The position numbers and the translations under genes are program-made. Positions 40,013-64,000 of a stretch of DNA of 64,000 bases are shown here, piece after piece; the stretch's first letter is position 1; each line of letters opens with the position of its first letter. The notes under the pieces were generated by a model. That model searched no databases and had not been told where the DNA came from. It was given only the letters and a program-made list of their open reading frames with translations. The DNA comes from the human T2T-CHM13v2.0 reference genome, Homo sapiens: NCBI RefSeq assembly GCF_009914755.1, contig NC_060939.1; one strand, written 5' to 3'.

Positions 40013-41175
40013 AAAAAATTTTTAAGTATCAGTATGAACTCAAAAGAATCCAGGGCAGACCCCAGGTGAAGAGTGGCAACCTACAAAAAACCGAGGACAC
40101 CTTGTGTAGACTGCCTGGACGCTACTGAAGACTACCAGAATCACTTCGGGAGCTACACTGAAGAGGCTGCCACTGTCTAGAAACAGGATAATCTCAGCTT
40201 CAACAAAGATAATAACAATAGAGTAAAACAATCACATATGTTCCAATCCATGAGTTCATAATAACATTAAAAAAAAAAACAGGTCACCTTCAAGAAATAA
40301 TAGGAAACCAATTCATTCTCTGGTAAATGGAAGAAAGAATCAAGCTTTTATCTTGTCTTTCTCAGGCAAACAGCACCTTGAACAACTAACTACAGGATGA
40401 AGGGAAATGCCTCTTTACAGGAAAGTATTCCAGCTAACAAATAAGCAAGAAATGATTCCACTAGAATAGCACCATTTGTAGCCCCTCATGGGCCAATAGC
40501 CTCGGGTGCTAATAAGCCTCAGGGACTGCTGATGTCACAAAGCAAAGACAGGCAGGCAGGAGGTGCCTGCTGAGGCTGAGTCACAACCACTAAGGAGCTG
40601 GCAAAAGGGGCGGAACTTATGGGCCTCCGAATCGGGCAGCACCTTGCAGAAGGACGGGCCTGAGGAACACACTGAACAGCAGCACACGTGTCCAGTCAGC
40701 AGATCCAGGCTGCAGTGAAGCCCGCCAGATCAAAGGCCGGGGCCTCAACAATTTTCTTCTTAATAATTTTTGTTGAGTTGTTAAAAACAAAAGATATACA
40801 CATGGGTAACAGAAGCTGTCCAGAAATGCAAGTCAGTGATGGATCAATATCAGGACAGCATCACTCAGAGGAACATCAGGGGATACACTGAGGGCTTCCA
40901 GAATTTGCCACAGGTTAGGTCTAGACTTGGGTCATGATGACTAGGGCATCTGCCTGATTATCATGAAGCTAAACATTTACTTTGTGTGACTTTCTATATC
41001 ATGATTTATTGTGCAAAAGTAGTTTGTTAGAAAAGGGGAGAAAAGTGATTCTAAAGCAATTCTGTAACTTCTTTTTATAAAATGGAGATGGTTGTTTCTA
41101 CTGAAGCAATTACAGAATCACATCATTCTGAAGGTGGGAAAGGCTGCAGCTCCCCGCTGGGGCCAGCCCCTGTAC

Positions 41176-41329
41176 CTGGTATCTTCACTGTGCCACTGGT
41201 GGAGGTGTCGTCGGTGTAAGGGTGGCTACTCTCCACCACCACAGGCTGAGAAGAGAGGCGGCCGCTCTGCGAGTCTGTGGCCACATCCTCCAACTCGGTG
41301 ACACAGAGCTCCAACAGCATATCTGCCAC
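41176..41329 (-). CDS. HERC2: HERC2 exon 70
   Basis: 154 nt; VADMLLELCVTELED...VESSHPY...TVKIP. Confidence 0.95.
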
Positions 41330-41570
41330 CTGGAGAGGAAGCAAGGACATGAATGAGGGGGCCAACAGCCCCACACCTGGTCACCTGCATGCCACCTCTG
41401 CCCGTCCTGCTCAGGAGCTCCACAAGGACAGCGTGGCAGAGTGGAGGGCTTGGAGTTTGAGAAATTGAGTTCAAATCAGGGCTTGGCTTCCTTGCACATA
41501 AAACAGAGACAGCACAGAGCCTGTAAGATGCTGTGAAGCTTAGGGATGATCTATGTTAAAAAGTCGTTGG

Positions 41571-42202
<632 letters not shown>

Positions 42203-43262
42203 TTAATATGTGCCAGCTGATAAAATGAAACACCGTGGTGACAATAGCTTCATTTTACACCAAGACAAGATTACTTCCTAGTGAGGAAAGTTGGCCTCGG
42301 AAACAAAAACATCAAGGGAAGGAGCACCCAGTAGGTGAAAATGACCACAATCCTAGAAGGCAACGGAGCCCGGTGGGAGGGGCGGGAATCAGGAACCATC
42401 AAGCCGCTCAGGCCAGACAGAGACAGGGAGAGTCTGTGACAGGAGGGACCGCCGACCCCAACACAGCTGCCCCTGCTGACCCAGTACACTAGGGGTCAGA
42501 CCCATACCACATTCTCAACAATCCACAGTGTTCTTATTTTATTTTAAAACTTATTGATGATTCACATCTTTTACGATTAAGGTTAAGAGTGGTGATTATA
42601 AACTCTGTTATTTTTAAAAATAAATGAGAGAATACATCATAACAGCAATAATCTATTAACCCCAACATTTTTAATCCAGAAAAAATAAAACTCTTCTAAT
42701 GCCCATTCTATACTTTTTAGAAATAGATTATTCTTTTTTCTATTATTCCTCATATTTAGGTAAGAAATAGCTTTGCTTAGTAAATATTATATATTAACAA
42801 ACTAATATCATTGTCACATAGGCATGATTTTAAATCTAAATTTGTCTCTCTTTTTGAGTCCCAAATATCAGGTCAGGGCAGGACACAGAAATAGCCATCT
42901 TGCCAACCTGGCAAGGGCAGTTTGAAAACGGCCGTATCCTTATTCTTGTCTCTCCTGGAACCTGGCTGAGTAACTGAAAGCAGATGTTGGCATCATCAAG
43001 CGCCCATGTGCAGAGTCGATCAGGGGCTCTGGCCTTCAGAAGGTTGCTCTGCCAAGCACATCATCTGCAGAGGGGTCATGATGGAGCTGGGGCTCAGACA
43101 CTCAGGGTTCCAACCCATCTCTTCCACCTACCAGCAAAGTGAGTGTCCTCAAGCCAGCAGTAACCTCTCAGCCTCAGTTTCCTCATCCATATATAAAGGT
43201 AACCCCTACCCTCTCTACTGAGAATGTGGGGATGTGCATGGCAAATGCTCAGCATTATTTTA

Positions 43263-49381
<6,119 letters not shown>

Positions 49382-50069
49382 GCTCAGCATTATTTTAAAT
49401 CAAAGTTCTCATTCATACCCTTCCCTCTCACAAATGCAATAAACTTATGAAAAATAATAATAGTGCTTATGGTAATTCACCTTGATTTCATCTCTTAGAA
49501 TTATGCCAAGTAACTTGTCTCAAAAAACTAGAAAAAAGGATACCTACAGCTTTTTAGTTCTTCATGAATAGCAGATGAAGAAATAACAAGCCCCTAAAAT
49601 ATCTACCAAACTCTGCTGCGCTTTCAAGACTGCTCAACTCTACTTAAGTACTTTATCGTTTTGGTGATCATGTAAGTTACTAAAATTTCTGACCATCAGA
49701 GCTTTAACGTTTCAGAATTTCAGATAAAGGAGTATGAACTTACATTTAATGATTTTTTTTTTAAATATAATTCTACTTAAAAACTTCAGAAGTTCCTTTA
49801 AAGAGAATATTCTTCTAACTAAAGCCAAAAATCCTAATAGGCACAGAAACTGCCTAAACTAAGTGACAGAGTAAGACTTTCCTCCACACAAAGTAGGCAC
49901 CCAGAGAAACGGATGAAGTGTCTGCAGCCAGGAAGGACATCTCAGGCTCCCTGGCAGGGCAGAGCATGGCTGCTGATAAAGAAGAGTTCTTAAGGAAGCC
50001 CACGGCCTTTACGACTGATCAGTCCTATTTCTAAGACATACTAGTAAGACGCTCACTTTATACTGCAGA

Positions 50070-50256
50070 CCTACAGACCAATTCAGCAGCTACTAGCCAC
50101 ATGTGCCTCAAGTTGAGTGTTTTAAAACCTTCAGTTCCTCAGGTGCACTAGCCATATTTCAGTGTGCAGTGGCCATATGTGGCTGGTGCCAATGGTCCCA
50201 GATGGCTCCGGTCCAGAACATTTCCACAATGACAAAGTCCTACAGACCCAGTGCTA
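50070..50256. mobile_element. MER3-like hAT MITE
   Basis: GCTACTAGCCACATGTG...TTCAGTTCCTCAG...CACTAGCCATATTTCA...AGAACATTTCCA. Confidence 0.6.
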
Positions 50257-50545
50257 CCAAATATTAAAAGACATTTTAAAGCTGTAATAGTTAAAATACC
50301 ATAGTATCAGAACCTAAGAAGTTTTGTAAATAGACCCAAATGCATACAGGAATTTAGAATATGATAAAACTGGTTTTTAAATCACCAGGGAAAAGATGAG
50401 TTATTCAATAAATGATGTTAGGGCAACCGGTTTACCATCTAGGAAAAAAAGTAAAGTTGGATACCTACTTTATTCTTACATCAAAATAAATCCCAGGTGG
50501 CTAAAAAATGTAAACAATACATGAAATCATAAAAAATTAGAAGAA

Positions 50546-50830
50546 GGCCGGGCATGGTGGCTCATGCCTGTAATCCCAAGCACTTTGGGAGGCCAAGGTG
50601 GGTAGATCACTTGAGGTCAGCAGTTCCAGACCAGCCGGGCCAACATGGTGAAACCCCATCTCAACTAAAAATACAAAAATTAGCCAGGCATCGTGGCGCA
50701 TGCCTGTAATCCCAGCTACTCAGGAAGCTGAGGCACAAGAATCACCTGATCCCGGGAGGTAGAGGTGATCCTGGGAGGCTGAGATTGCGCCACCGCACTC
50801 CAGCCCGGGTGAAGGAGACTGTCTCAAAAA
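50546..50830 (+). mobile_element. AluSx/Sz-like
   Basis: GGCCGGGCATGGTGGCTCA... Confidence 0.88.
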
Positions 50831-51107
50831 CCTTAGACGAAAACTTGGAAGAATTTATTTAAAACAATGTCACATAAGCAAGCATTTTTTTTTCAGCATA
50901 ATACAAAACTCAGAAGGCATAAATGAAAAAAACTGACAGATTTGACCACATAATAATTAAAAATTTCTACATGGCAAAAAATATCAAACTAATATCAAAA
51001 AATAAACTGGGGTGGAAACTGTAAGACATATGATAGAAAAGGGACTTAAAGAACTTTGACAAATCATTTTAAAAAGATGCACAAATCAGTTATAAAACAG
51101 GTAAAGG

Positions 51108-51424
<317 letters not shown>

Positions 51425-51592
51425 TTAAATGCTAAAACGTTTTGCTCTAAAGGAGTGCTCCTAACCTGCAGTCTACTAGGATGAAACCCAGCACAAGATC
51501 ACCGGTGATCCATAGCAGCTCTCCTTTGGAGAGGAGGGTGGCCCAACATGGAGGAGGTGGAATCAGACGGCCCCGCCCTCCCTGAGACTCAC

Positions 51593-51784
51593 CTGTGGGT
51601 AGGCGGTCCCCATGCCGGAAAGCACCGCGGAGAGCACATCCCTGCCCCTGTCCCCGGCCCGGCTGCACACTGACAGCTTGAGCAGGTCTACCACCACACG
51701 AGTGTCATCCGCAATCAGCAGACTGGTGAACTCATCCAAGGCCTGAGGCTCCGGACCTGCTGCTTTATTTTGGCTTTCAACATC
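51593..51784 (-). CDS. HERC2: HERC2 exon 69
   Basis: 192 nt; DVESQNKAAGPEPQALDEF...GMGTAYPQ. Confidence 0.95.
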
Positions 51785-54008
51785 CTAAGTCAAATGACAT
51801 CCAACAATTAACATGAGGAATGATATGCTAAGAGATAAAGAGTCACCAGTTTACCCATAAACTCAGAGAACACATGAATACCAACGAGTAAGAAACCTGA
51901 AGGTGTTTAAGACCTTAAGAAACAGATTAAGAAACGACGGCCCCTAAAATCTCCACCAAGCCATGTACTATGTTTTCAAGACCAATTAACTGTTGTATTA
52001 CCAATGGCATTTATCAAAAAGGGATGACTTAAGCTATAAAGAAATGACAATTTATTACTGGGACCAAGTTTGGATCATAAGCAGATACTACAGGGGGAGT
52101 TTTGGAATGAAGCTGCATCCTGTATAATCTACCCATAAGATACGCTAGGGAATCGTTTACAAACTAAATTTGTATTCTCTAATTGTATACATTTTGTCTA
52201 GATCCTCTCCATAATTCTTTCCTGGAATCTTATTTCAAGCAACTCACTGGCATTAACACACTATCCAGTCTCTCTCTCTCCTTGGGTTCATTGAAAACAT
52301 CATACATAAAAGTCTTCTCATTACCACTCGTGTACTTCCCATTCCTGCCATGTCAGCCTAAACATACCACATCTTGATCCTTCAACTCCTCTCCTTGTTT
52401 GCTATGAGCCAATTCCCAGCATCACTGCACCCCCAGCTCCCACCCTATGGAGGTGCCTTGCCCAGGATGGCCGCCCCCACCCTGCTTGTTGGCACACAGA
52501 AGCCTCCTGGAGGGCAGCACTGGGGCTGAGCTTGTGGAAACGGGAAAGGCCCTTGTCAGTGCCAGGGACTCCCACCGCTTCCGACCCAGCATGGGAACCG
52601 CTGTGACCCTGTGCAGAGCAGGAGTGTGTCAAGCCCTTCTCATTCCCCAGGCAGAGTCTGGCTCCCCAGAGGAAGATCGAGAGCCAGGGAAGTGCCGCTT
52701 TTCTCTCCTGCTTTCTGGACCTCAGCAAATCCAGTGCAACTCTTTCCACAAACATAAACAGGCTGGGGGAAGGACAGCCCCACATGTTCCCCTTAAGGGG
52801 AAAATGACCCAACCAGTGGACCCTGGAAACCACACCACTCTGATTTAGGAACAAGGTTCCTCTCCCTTTTGGGAAACAGACCTTGCTCCTGCCTCTGCAT
52901 GGAGACACAAGGAGTAAGGGAAATTCATTATAAATGATGACATTCCAGAACATAACTCACTGAAGGACAGCAAAAGCATTCAGTGAAACATATTAACAAG
53001 AATATCTTTAGTCTTGAGATTGAAATGTACCTACCATTTTTTTTTATGAGGGTGTCTTAAAACATGCACACACACAAACACAGAAAATATGTCTAGAAGA
53101 ATTGCTAAGGAAGAAAATCACTAGCGGCATATCCTTAAATATGAATTATAGCTTAATACTAACATTAAAATTGCTTTGCCTTAAATTCATGAGTCAAGCC
53201 AAAACTGAAATAATAGAAATACAGGGTTGCAACCTGGATAATGCCTATGTCTCATAAATAAATTGGGGGGAAATAAATCATATTATCCTTTTACCTAAAA
53301 CAAAAATGTTGCCTTCCTCAGAATAAGTTCTGCATTAAACCCTCAAACCAGGAGACTGCCAAAAATTAGAAGTTGATTCCAGGCACCTAATTCATAAATA
53401 GAGGCTTTCTTACTACCATGGATGGTTATAAATAATTTCTGTAGGACATATTTTCTGCCAGCAGTAACAGCATAATAAATCAAGGGTTCCAAATGTAATT
53501 AAAAATAAAGTGTTTGCCCTCAAGGTGGAAAGGCTGGCAAGGGAGTACACATGAGCAGGGGCTGGCCTGGTGTGGGGAGCGCCTCAGCGGGCTGGGGAAG
53601 GCATCCACACATGGGGGGTTGGAGAGACACAGCCAGGCCAAGTGAGGAAGGTGCCACACTCTGGGTCAACATGGAGGTGAGGGGAGGGCCAGAGGTCACG
53701 TAGGGTGACCATGGAGGACCATGGAGGCAGACTGGTTCTGAGTGCCAGAGGATGTACAGAGGAAGAAAGGTGCCCACCACGGAGTGGGGGACAGCCAAGA
53801 TCGGAGGTTGGTTATCTAAGGGGACTGAACTGTAAGTAAATAGTCTGCTGATGACAGGAGCCAGGTTTCCCACTTTCAGAGAAGGAAGTTATAAATACAG
53901 AAAGGGTGAAAACTAGAATGAATCTTAGTTGGGTTACAATCAATCATATTGGTGTGAACCGGTGGTTTTCCATGTACGTAAATATATAACAACACAAATA
54001 CTGATGTA

Positions 54009-54318
54009 GGCCAAACACGGTGGCTCATGCCTGTAATCCCAGCACTTTGAGAGGATGAGGCAGGCAGATCACTTGAGCCCAGGAGTTCAAGACCAGCCTG
54101 GGCAACATGGCAAAACCTATCTCTGAAAAAAAAAGAGAAAAAAAAAAATACAAAAATTAGCCAGGTATGGTGGTGCATGCTTGTAGTTCCAGCTACTTGG
54201 GAGGCTGAGGATGGCTTGAGACCAGGAGGTTGAGGCTGCAGTGAGCCAAGATCGTGCCACTCTACTGCAGCCTGGGCAACAGAACAAGACCCTGTCTAAA
54301 AACAAAACAAAAACAAAA
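54009..54318 (+). mobile_element. AluJ inserted in old L1MC sequence
   Basis: TSD ACTGATGTA. Confidence 0.85.
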
Positions 54319-55180
54319 ACTGATGTATGTACCTATTATGTTACACACACACATATTCATTCTCTAGCCCTGTCACCCAAACAGCAACAAGCACACAAAG
54401 GGCCCAGATCTTGACCTCTAAATGCCCTTCTCCACCAGAAAGAACTAGGACTTCTCAGAAACACAACTGATTCCTATGTTGGAGCATAAAACATCTTATT
54501 GAGCCTGGAATTTTGTGTTGTGCCAAAAAGTAAGGAAATACTCAAAGAATGATGGGAATATGCCAGAAGAACACATAAAATTCTACCAACTACTTAAAGA
54601 AGAATTAACCCGAATGCTTCACCAACTCTTCTAAAAAACAGAAGAGAAAGGCACACCCTCCAACTCAATCTATGAAGCCAATATTGCTATAATATCCAAA
54701 CCAAAGACATCACAAGAAAACTACAGAGCCGTATCCCTTATGAATACAGATGTAAAAATCTTCAACAAAATAGCAGCAAACCAAATCTAGCAACATATAA
54801 AAGCATTATACACCAAAAAAATATGGAAAAAGGGAGAGTAGGAATAAGCCCTGTGGTACTGGATTGGAATTAAAAGTACTGATTTGGGCTGTTAATGGTT
54901 TTTATTATATAGATAAATGCAGAAGGATAAATAAATGTTCATGTGTATAGGTCTATTTGCTGAGAGGGCCTAACCAAAGACACTCAGTAACAATTAGCTT
55001 ACCAAGCACCCAGATCTCGGTTTCCAAATCCTACAAGCCACTAGCAGGAACCATGGCTTCTTGAAGAAATGGCTGATTCCAGGCAGGGGGAGGGTAGGTG
55101 AAAGATAAGTCTAGAGCACAGTTGTGCCAGAAATGAAGGAAGAGCCCTAAAAATTATGGGGACACATCAGACAATGGAAC

Positions 55181-55345
55181 CAGTCCACAGGGATCCCAAT
55201 GACCAGTCCACGGGAGTCCCAATGACCGGGTCCCAGTGACCAGTCCACGGGAGTCCCAGTGACCGAGTCCCAGTGACCAGTCCACGGGAGTCCCAGTGAC
55301 CGAGTCCCAGTGACCAGTCCATGGGAGTCCCAATAACCAAGTCCA
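55181..55345. repeat. 37-bp minisatellite (~4.5 copies)
   Basis: CAGTCCACGGGAGTCCCAGTGACCGAGTCCCAGTGAC starts at 55204, 55241, 55278 and 55315, plus a partial copy at 55181. Confidence 0.93.
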
Positions 55346-56185
55346 GGACCATTTGGGTGTCAAATAATGATAGCAACAAACGTCACTATTTGACTAAAAC
55401 AGGAACTCCTGATTCTATACAATATAAAAAGACAGGTAGGTAGGTAGGTAGAAGACAGACGGATGAGAAGGGAAAGCTGTCTCTTGCAAAAGAATGGCAA
55501 CAATTACATTCCAGAAGTAACAATAAATGTGAACAATGAAAATGTGACAACCACCACAGTAATAATGGATTCAGCTAGAATCTTTAAGATGCTAAAAACT
55601 GGGAGGTAAAAGTATGATGAGGAACAAGACATTGACATAATCTCAAAAGTATCTCCCCATGAGTACTTAACACACTTACTGACTTCCAGTGGAGAAACTT
55701 GGCAGAGACCCTTAACCAAGTGATAAGCTATCTCACCAATGATGCAGCAAATCAGCAATGCGTGAGTCCTAATGGAGGCACTGAAAAGAATTCTGCACCG
55801 TTCCTGTGGTGTCTGTCAAAACGAAGAACTGAAGGACTGTTCCACACTGAAGACTAAAGAGGCAACATGCAATCCTAGGTTGAGTGCTAGACCTTTAAGG
55901 ATACTATTGGGATGATGAGCAAAATCTGAATATGTCTGTGGGTTTGAAAGTAATCCTGGATCAAGCTGCAGTCCTGATACTCAAGGAATACACGTGGAAG
56001 CAGTAAGCAGTGACAGGGACCGTGTCCTGCGGCATTCCCACAAACGCTTCGAAGATGCTAACAAGTGGACAGCCGAGGTGAATGGGATAGGAATAGACTG
56101 TGTTCCACTCCTAAGTTCTATTTCTACTTCTGTGTACATTTAAGATTATTTCACAATACAAAGTTAAAGAAGAACGCCTCTTCAC

Positions 56186-56326
56186 CTCTTTGGTTTTGGT
56201 CATGGTTTCTGCAATGATGCTTGCGGCTCCCAGGTCATCCGTCACTGGGATAAAAGGCCGAGCGGAGGCTGAGGGGGCCGACGGAGTCACTGCAGAGGGG
56301 GTCACTGCGTCCTCAGAGGAAACAAT
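56186..56326 (-). CDS. HERC2: HERC2 exon 68
   Basis: 141 nt; IVSSEDAVTPSAVTPSAP...TMTKTKE. Confidence 0.95.
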
Positions 56327-56394
56327 CTAGTCCAAGAGTGCACAGTAGGGGAAGTTTAAGTGGAAAAACTCAGCAACATAACACATTTCCTATG

Positions 56395-56697
56395 CAAGTC
56401 CCAAATGCTTTACCTAAAACTACTTGGGCTGTTTAGAATGTTCCAGATTTTACAGAGGTAACATGGTGCCCACCAGACATAGCCACTACCACCCCCAGTC
56501 AGGCCTAGGACAGTTTTGCAAAGTCAAGCACATTCATATTTTCAAGAATAACTATTAATATTCACAGCAGGTCACATGAACCAGACTAAAATGAGTTCAC
56601 ATATCTTCGAGTTGGTTCTTTCCCCCAAAATGTTACTAAAATTCTTGACTGTCAGAACTTTAAGGTTTCAGAATTGCAGATAAAGGACTGTGAACTT
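56395..56697. mobile_element. MER46C-like TcMar MITE
   Basis: 3' end TTTCAGAATTGCAGATAAAGGACTGTGAACT resembles the MER46C terminus as recalled. Confidence 0.55.
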
Positions 56698-56905
56698 GAT
56701 TTAATGGTTTTTTTAATAAAAGAAAGCCAATTCCACTTAAGCACTTTAAAAGCTCCTTTACAGAGAATATTCTTCTAAGTAAAGCCAAAAATCTAAGCGG
56801 GAGGCACAGAAACAGCCTAAACTAAATGACACAATGAGACTTTCCTAGACACAAAGTAGCCACCTTTTCCTTTCTGATCTAACATTGCTTTAGATTCGCT
56901 TTTAC

Positions 56906-57089
56906 CTCTCTCTTTTCTTGCCATGGATTTGGACTCAGTCTGTCTTCGATATCAACAGCCAGCATGCATTCTTCTCCATTCATGGGACTAGCCATCGCAG
57001 ATGCGTCGGAAGGGGCCGCCGAGGAGAACGAGGGGCACTCCACCGGGGCGATCATGGCGGCCGGCATCAGGGCCCCGACAACAGCATCT
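56906..57089 (-). CDS. HERC2: HERC2 exon 67
   Basis: 184 nt; DAVVGALMPAAM...NPWQEKRE. Confidence 0.95.
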
Positions 57090-57982
57090 CTGTCAGGACA
57101 CAAAGCCAGGCCTGTGGTGAGCTGCCCCTTCTCCACTGCAGCACAGGAAGTGGAGAGGCAGGGCTAGCACGCACTGAGGCGTTTCCTCATTTTTACTGAA
57201 TACATGTAGAAGAGTTTTGGAAAACTACCAAACATTATTACCATGTATCCTTTGGCTAATAGCTAAAATGTTTACTCTGGATCCTATTTATTTGAAAAAC
57301 CAGAGTAATGGCAGGTGAAAAACTGCCAAACATAAAAACCAGACCAGAATGAGACTCTGGCTCTCCCTGAGAAAGAAATCCTCTTGGGCTGCTGTGAGAG
57401 CCTGAGGGCTGGATAATTGACCAGCAGGCAATTTTGTGTTTACTGAAAGCCACATACTGAGCAGCAACGACTCAATGGCCTCTACTGAATGACTGTTTTT
57501 GTTCTGAAACTAATTTTCCTATGTAAGGACACCTGTCAGGTCCACATGTGTGATACATTAGTAGATGGGAAACTTATCTAGGCTGTGGGAAAGCAGCAGA
57601 AAAATACTGCAAAATGCCGCACTGGCAAAACTCAGCCTTCTCAAGTGAGCGAAGGGGATGCTAAGTCGTCTTAGACATCACTATAAATTAGTATCACCTA
57701 ATTCTTCTTTTCTTCCCCCAAATATTGATGGTTCGAGTCTACTGGTCAAAAAGAATAGTGAAAATGTTCAAGTTAGTTTTCTAATTCATATTTCAATGCC
57801 CATTAAGACACACACTAAGATATCACCAATCACCATCAAAGAACTTGTGACTTACAACATACAGCATTTAAAGACAATAATACAACATTCTTGGAGACAT
57901 CTGATCAACGAAAAGAAAAAAAATCACAAAAATGTGAAGCTCACATAATTGCAGAATTTCAAAAATTAGCACAGAAGCCTAC

Positions 57983-58154
57983 CTGGCATACATGATTTGC
58001 AATGCTGTAAGAATATGCGATAAGGCCTGCTGTTTGGCCAGATTTCCATCCAATGACAAGAGAATCTTGGCAAGAGAAGGGCGATTTGGCTTAGAATTAC
58101 TTGCACCACTTATTTTATTACTGGCAGCAGAAGAATCAGCATCTGAAGGCACGC
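57983..58154 (-). CDS. HERC2: HERC2 exon 66
   Basis: 172 nt; VPSDADSSAASNKISG...LQIMYAR. Confidence 0.95.
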
Positions 58155-58599
58155 CTATAAGAGGAAAATAAAATTTGCATTGTTTTTAAAATCACAGTTT
58201 GATCTATTTCTATAAAATCTGACCTTACAGGTTAGTTCCAAAACACACTGCAATCTGCATTTTGCTATTTCACAAAGCACCTATCAGGCTCATTAATAGG
58301 CCTTCAAAATAAGAAAACCACTTATCCATACTTCGATAAAGAAGCTATTTTCAGCATAGTTCCACTGTAACTGCAAAAAGATGTAGGTGCTTTTATAAAA
58401 TGCACTTACAACAGTTTATGTTATATACATATAAACTATGAAAATGCTACAATAACTACCTGTATTTTCTTACCCCGGTAAGACAAGACAAAAAAGAATA
58501 CAAAACAACAAAGAGAAAAGATGTTCACCAATAAAGTCTCATCAGGCTCACTTCGTTGTGAACTCCCAGGTCTCAGCAGAAGGAGGGAGCCAAGTAGAG

Positions 58600-62590
<3,991 letters not shown>

Positions 62591-62892
62591 AAGAGCCCAG
62601 TACAGTGCCTGTATCTCTCAGGCAGTTATTAGGAGTCCTGTTCACACAGAAGGACAGCGCTGTGAGTTTACCTGATCATAAATACAAGAATCAGCAACAT
62701 ACTTTCTTCTAAAATTTTCATTCCAGCATGTATAAATCGCATGAGAGCACACCATAATTCTTCTGTGTCTTTAGAGTCATAATGCAGTTAACATGGCACT
62801 ACAACCTCTAATTGTGTTGGCACAATTAAATAAATCTATAAGGTTGCTGTAACCTACAGAAAAATCTCAGAGAAGATACAAATCTGTGTTAC

Positions 62893-63118
62893 CTAAATAG
62901 GAAGCACCTAAAGGGTCTCTTGCAGTCTGGAAGAGGACGGGCTCGTGGACAGAGGGCGTGGCCACATCCACAGTTGTCCACGCCACACTGTGGGACGACC
63001 CACAAGCCACGCGTGTGATCTTCTGGCCTTCTAAGCCTTGCACGAGTGTGGGCTTCCTGTTAACCGTGGTCGTGCCATTGCCCTGCTGGCCGTGGTCGTT
63101 GTCACCCCAAGCATACAC
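62893..63118 (-). CDS. HERC2: HERC2 exon 65 (RLD2 end)
   Basis: 226 nt; [13 protein letters not shown]...[11 protein letters not shown]...GASYL. Confidence 0.95.
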
Positions 63119-64000
63119 CTGTTTACGAGGAGAAAAAAGCTTATAATTTTTCAACATTTCAGGACATTTTCTTTAATGTAATTTTTACTTCAAAATGCTT
63201 AACGCGTATGCCACGGTAGTTGAAAGAATTGAGTTCTTAAAGGTAAAAACAAACCATTTCACAATCTTTCAAAATGGCATCAGCGTACTACAATTCTGAA
63301 GAAAATCTAACCATGAAAATGCTTGCTAATACCTATAAAAGGAGTATTTTCTTAATATTAATCCAATTCTGCTTTGTTGCAAGACACACAGAAGGTCCTC
63401 TCTCTAACTAAGTGTAATAATTTTTTCCCTTTTATTTTGCAAAGAAAAATGACCAAAAACAGTATGCTCATTTTTCAAGTAAGTTGCTTCTTGGCCTTAT
63501 AGAATTATAAAGTAAAATTCATTCTGACTAAAATACAGTAATGGTAATTTTGTTTCCATAAATAAAATTTAAAATTGAATATCCATAAGCCAGTCATAGC
63601 GTATGCTTCTCCAAGCAGAAGAGAGTGTAACACTTGTCAGGCACTAGCTCTGTCTCTAAAATGAGGCATGGATCCCTCCTCGCCAGTTACCAATTCTCTA
63701 AAGGAAAGTCTTGCTAATATCTTGCACTAGGAGCATCTTCAAGAATAACAGTCTTTCCACACACTTTTCACGTGGACTTCAGAGTGGGAACGCCTCTTTT
63801 CTGAGGACCCCGCCCCCAACCCCTGCTGCAAAGCAGGCAGATACACCAGTGGGCAAAAGGAACAGGACCCGCCCTCATGGTTCTCCAAGCAGTAAGACTC
63901 AGCTGATTTCATCAACAGCTGTGATTTCAACAGGACGAAGGCCGTGTCATGACCCCCACGTCCCCCAAGTCAGGATGGCACGCCACCCCCAGGCCACCTG

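Overview
This is a human genomic window at chr15q13 covering the 3' part of HERC2 on the minus strand. It contains 29 coding exons (inferred exons 65-93), all bounded by GT-AG and phase-consistent. Spliced, they give 4674 nt (1557 aa plus stop, about residues 3278-4834): the end of RLD2, RLD3 and the HECT domain with its catalytic Cys. Intron 86 carries the known OCA2 melanocyte enhancer, and the sequence shows the derived G ('blue-eye') allele of rs12913832 at 8968. The introns hold many Alus, a full-length sense-oriented L1PA4/5-like element with 16-bp TSDs, an internally deleted Tigger1, LTR, MER and old L1 fragments, and three minisatellites (65, ~76 and 37 bp units). I found no new gene or self-contained novel system. 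The most interesting unexplained structures are: a ~90-bp insert inside an L1PB that carries a near-perfect CTCF motif and an alpha-satellite-like tract; a divergent CTCF pair distal to the enhancer; a ~30-copy minisatellite apparently derived from an ancient L1 ORF1 segment; an extended, ACG-initiated ORF0 frame in the L1; a potential stop-free circRNA of exons 75-78; and a diverged ~230-bp local duplication. Exon numbers, SNP identities and repeat subfamily names come from recall and were not checked by database search.
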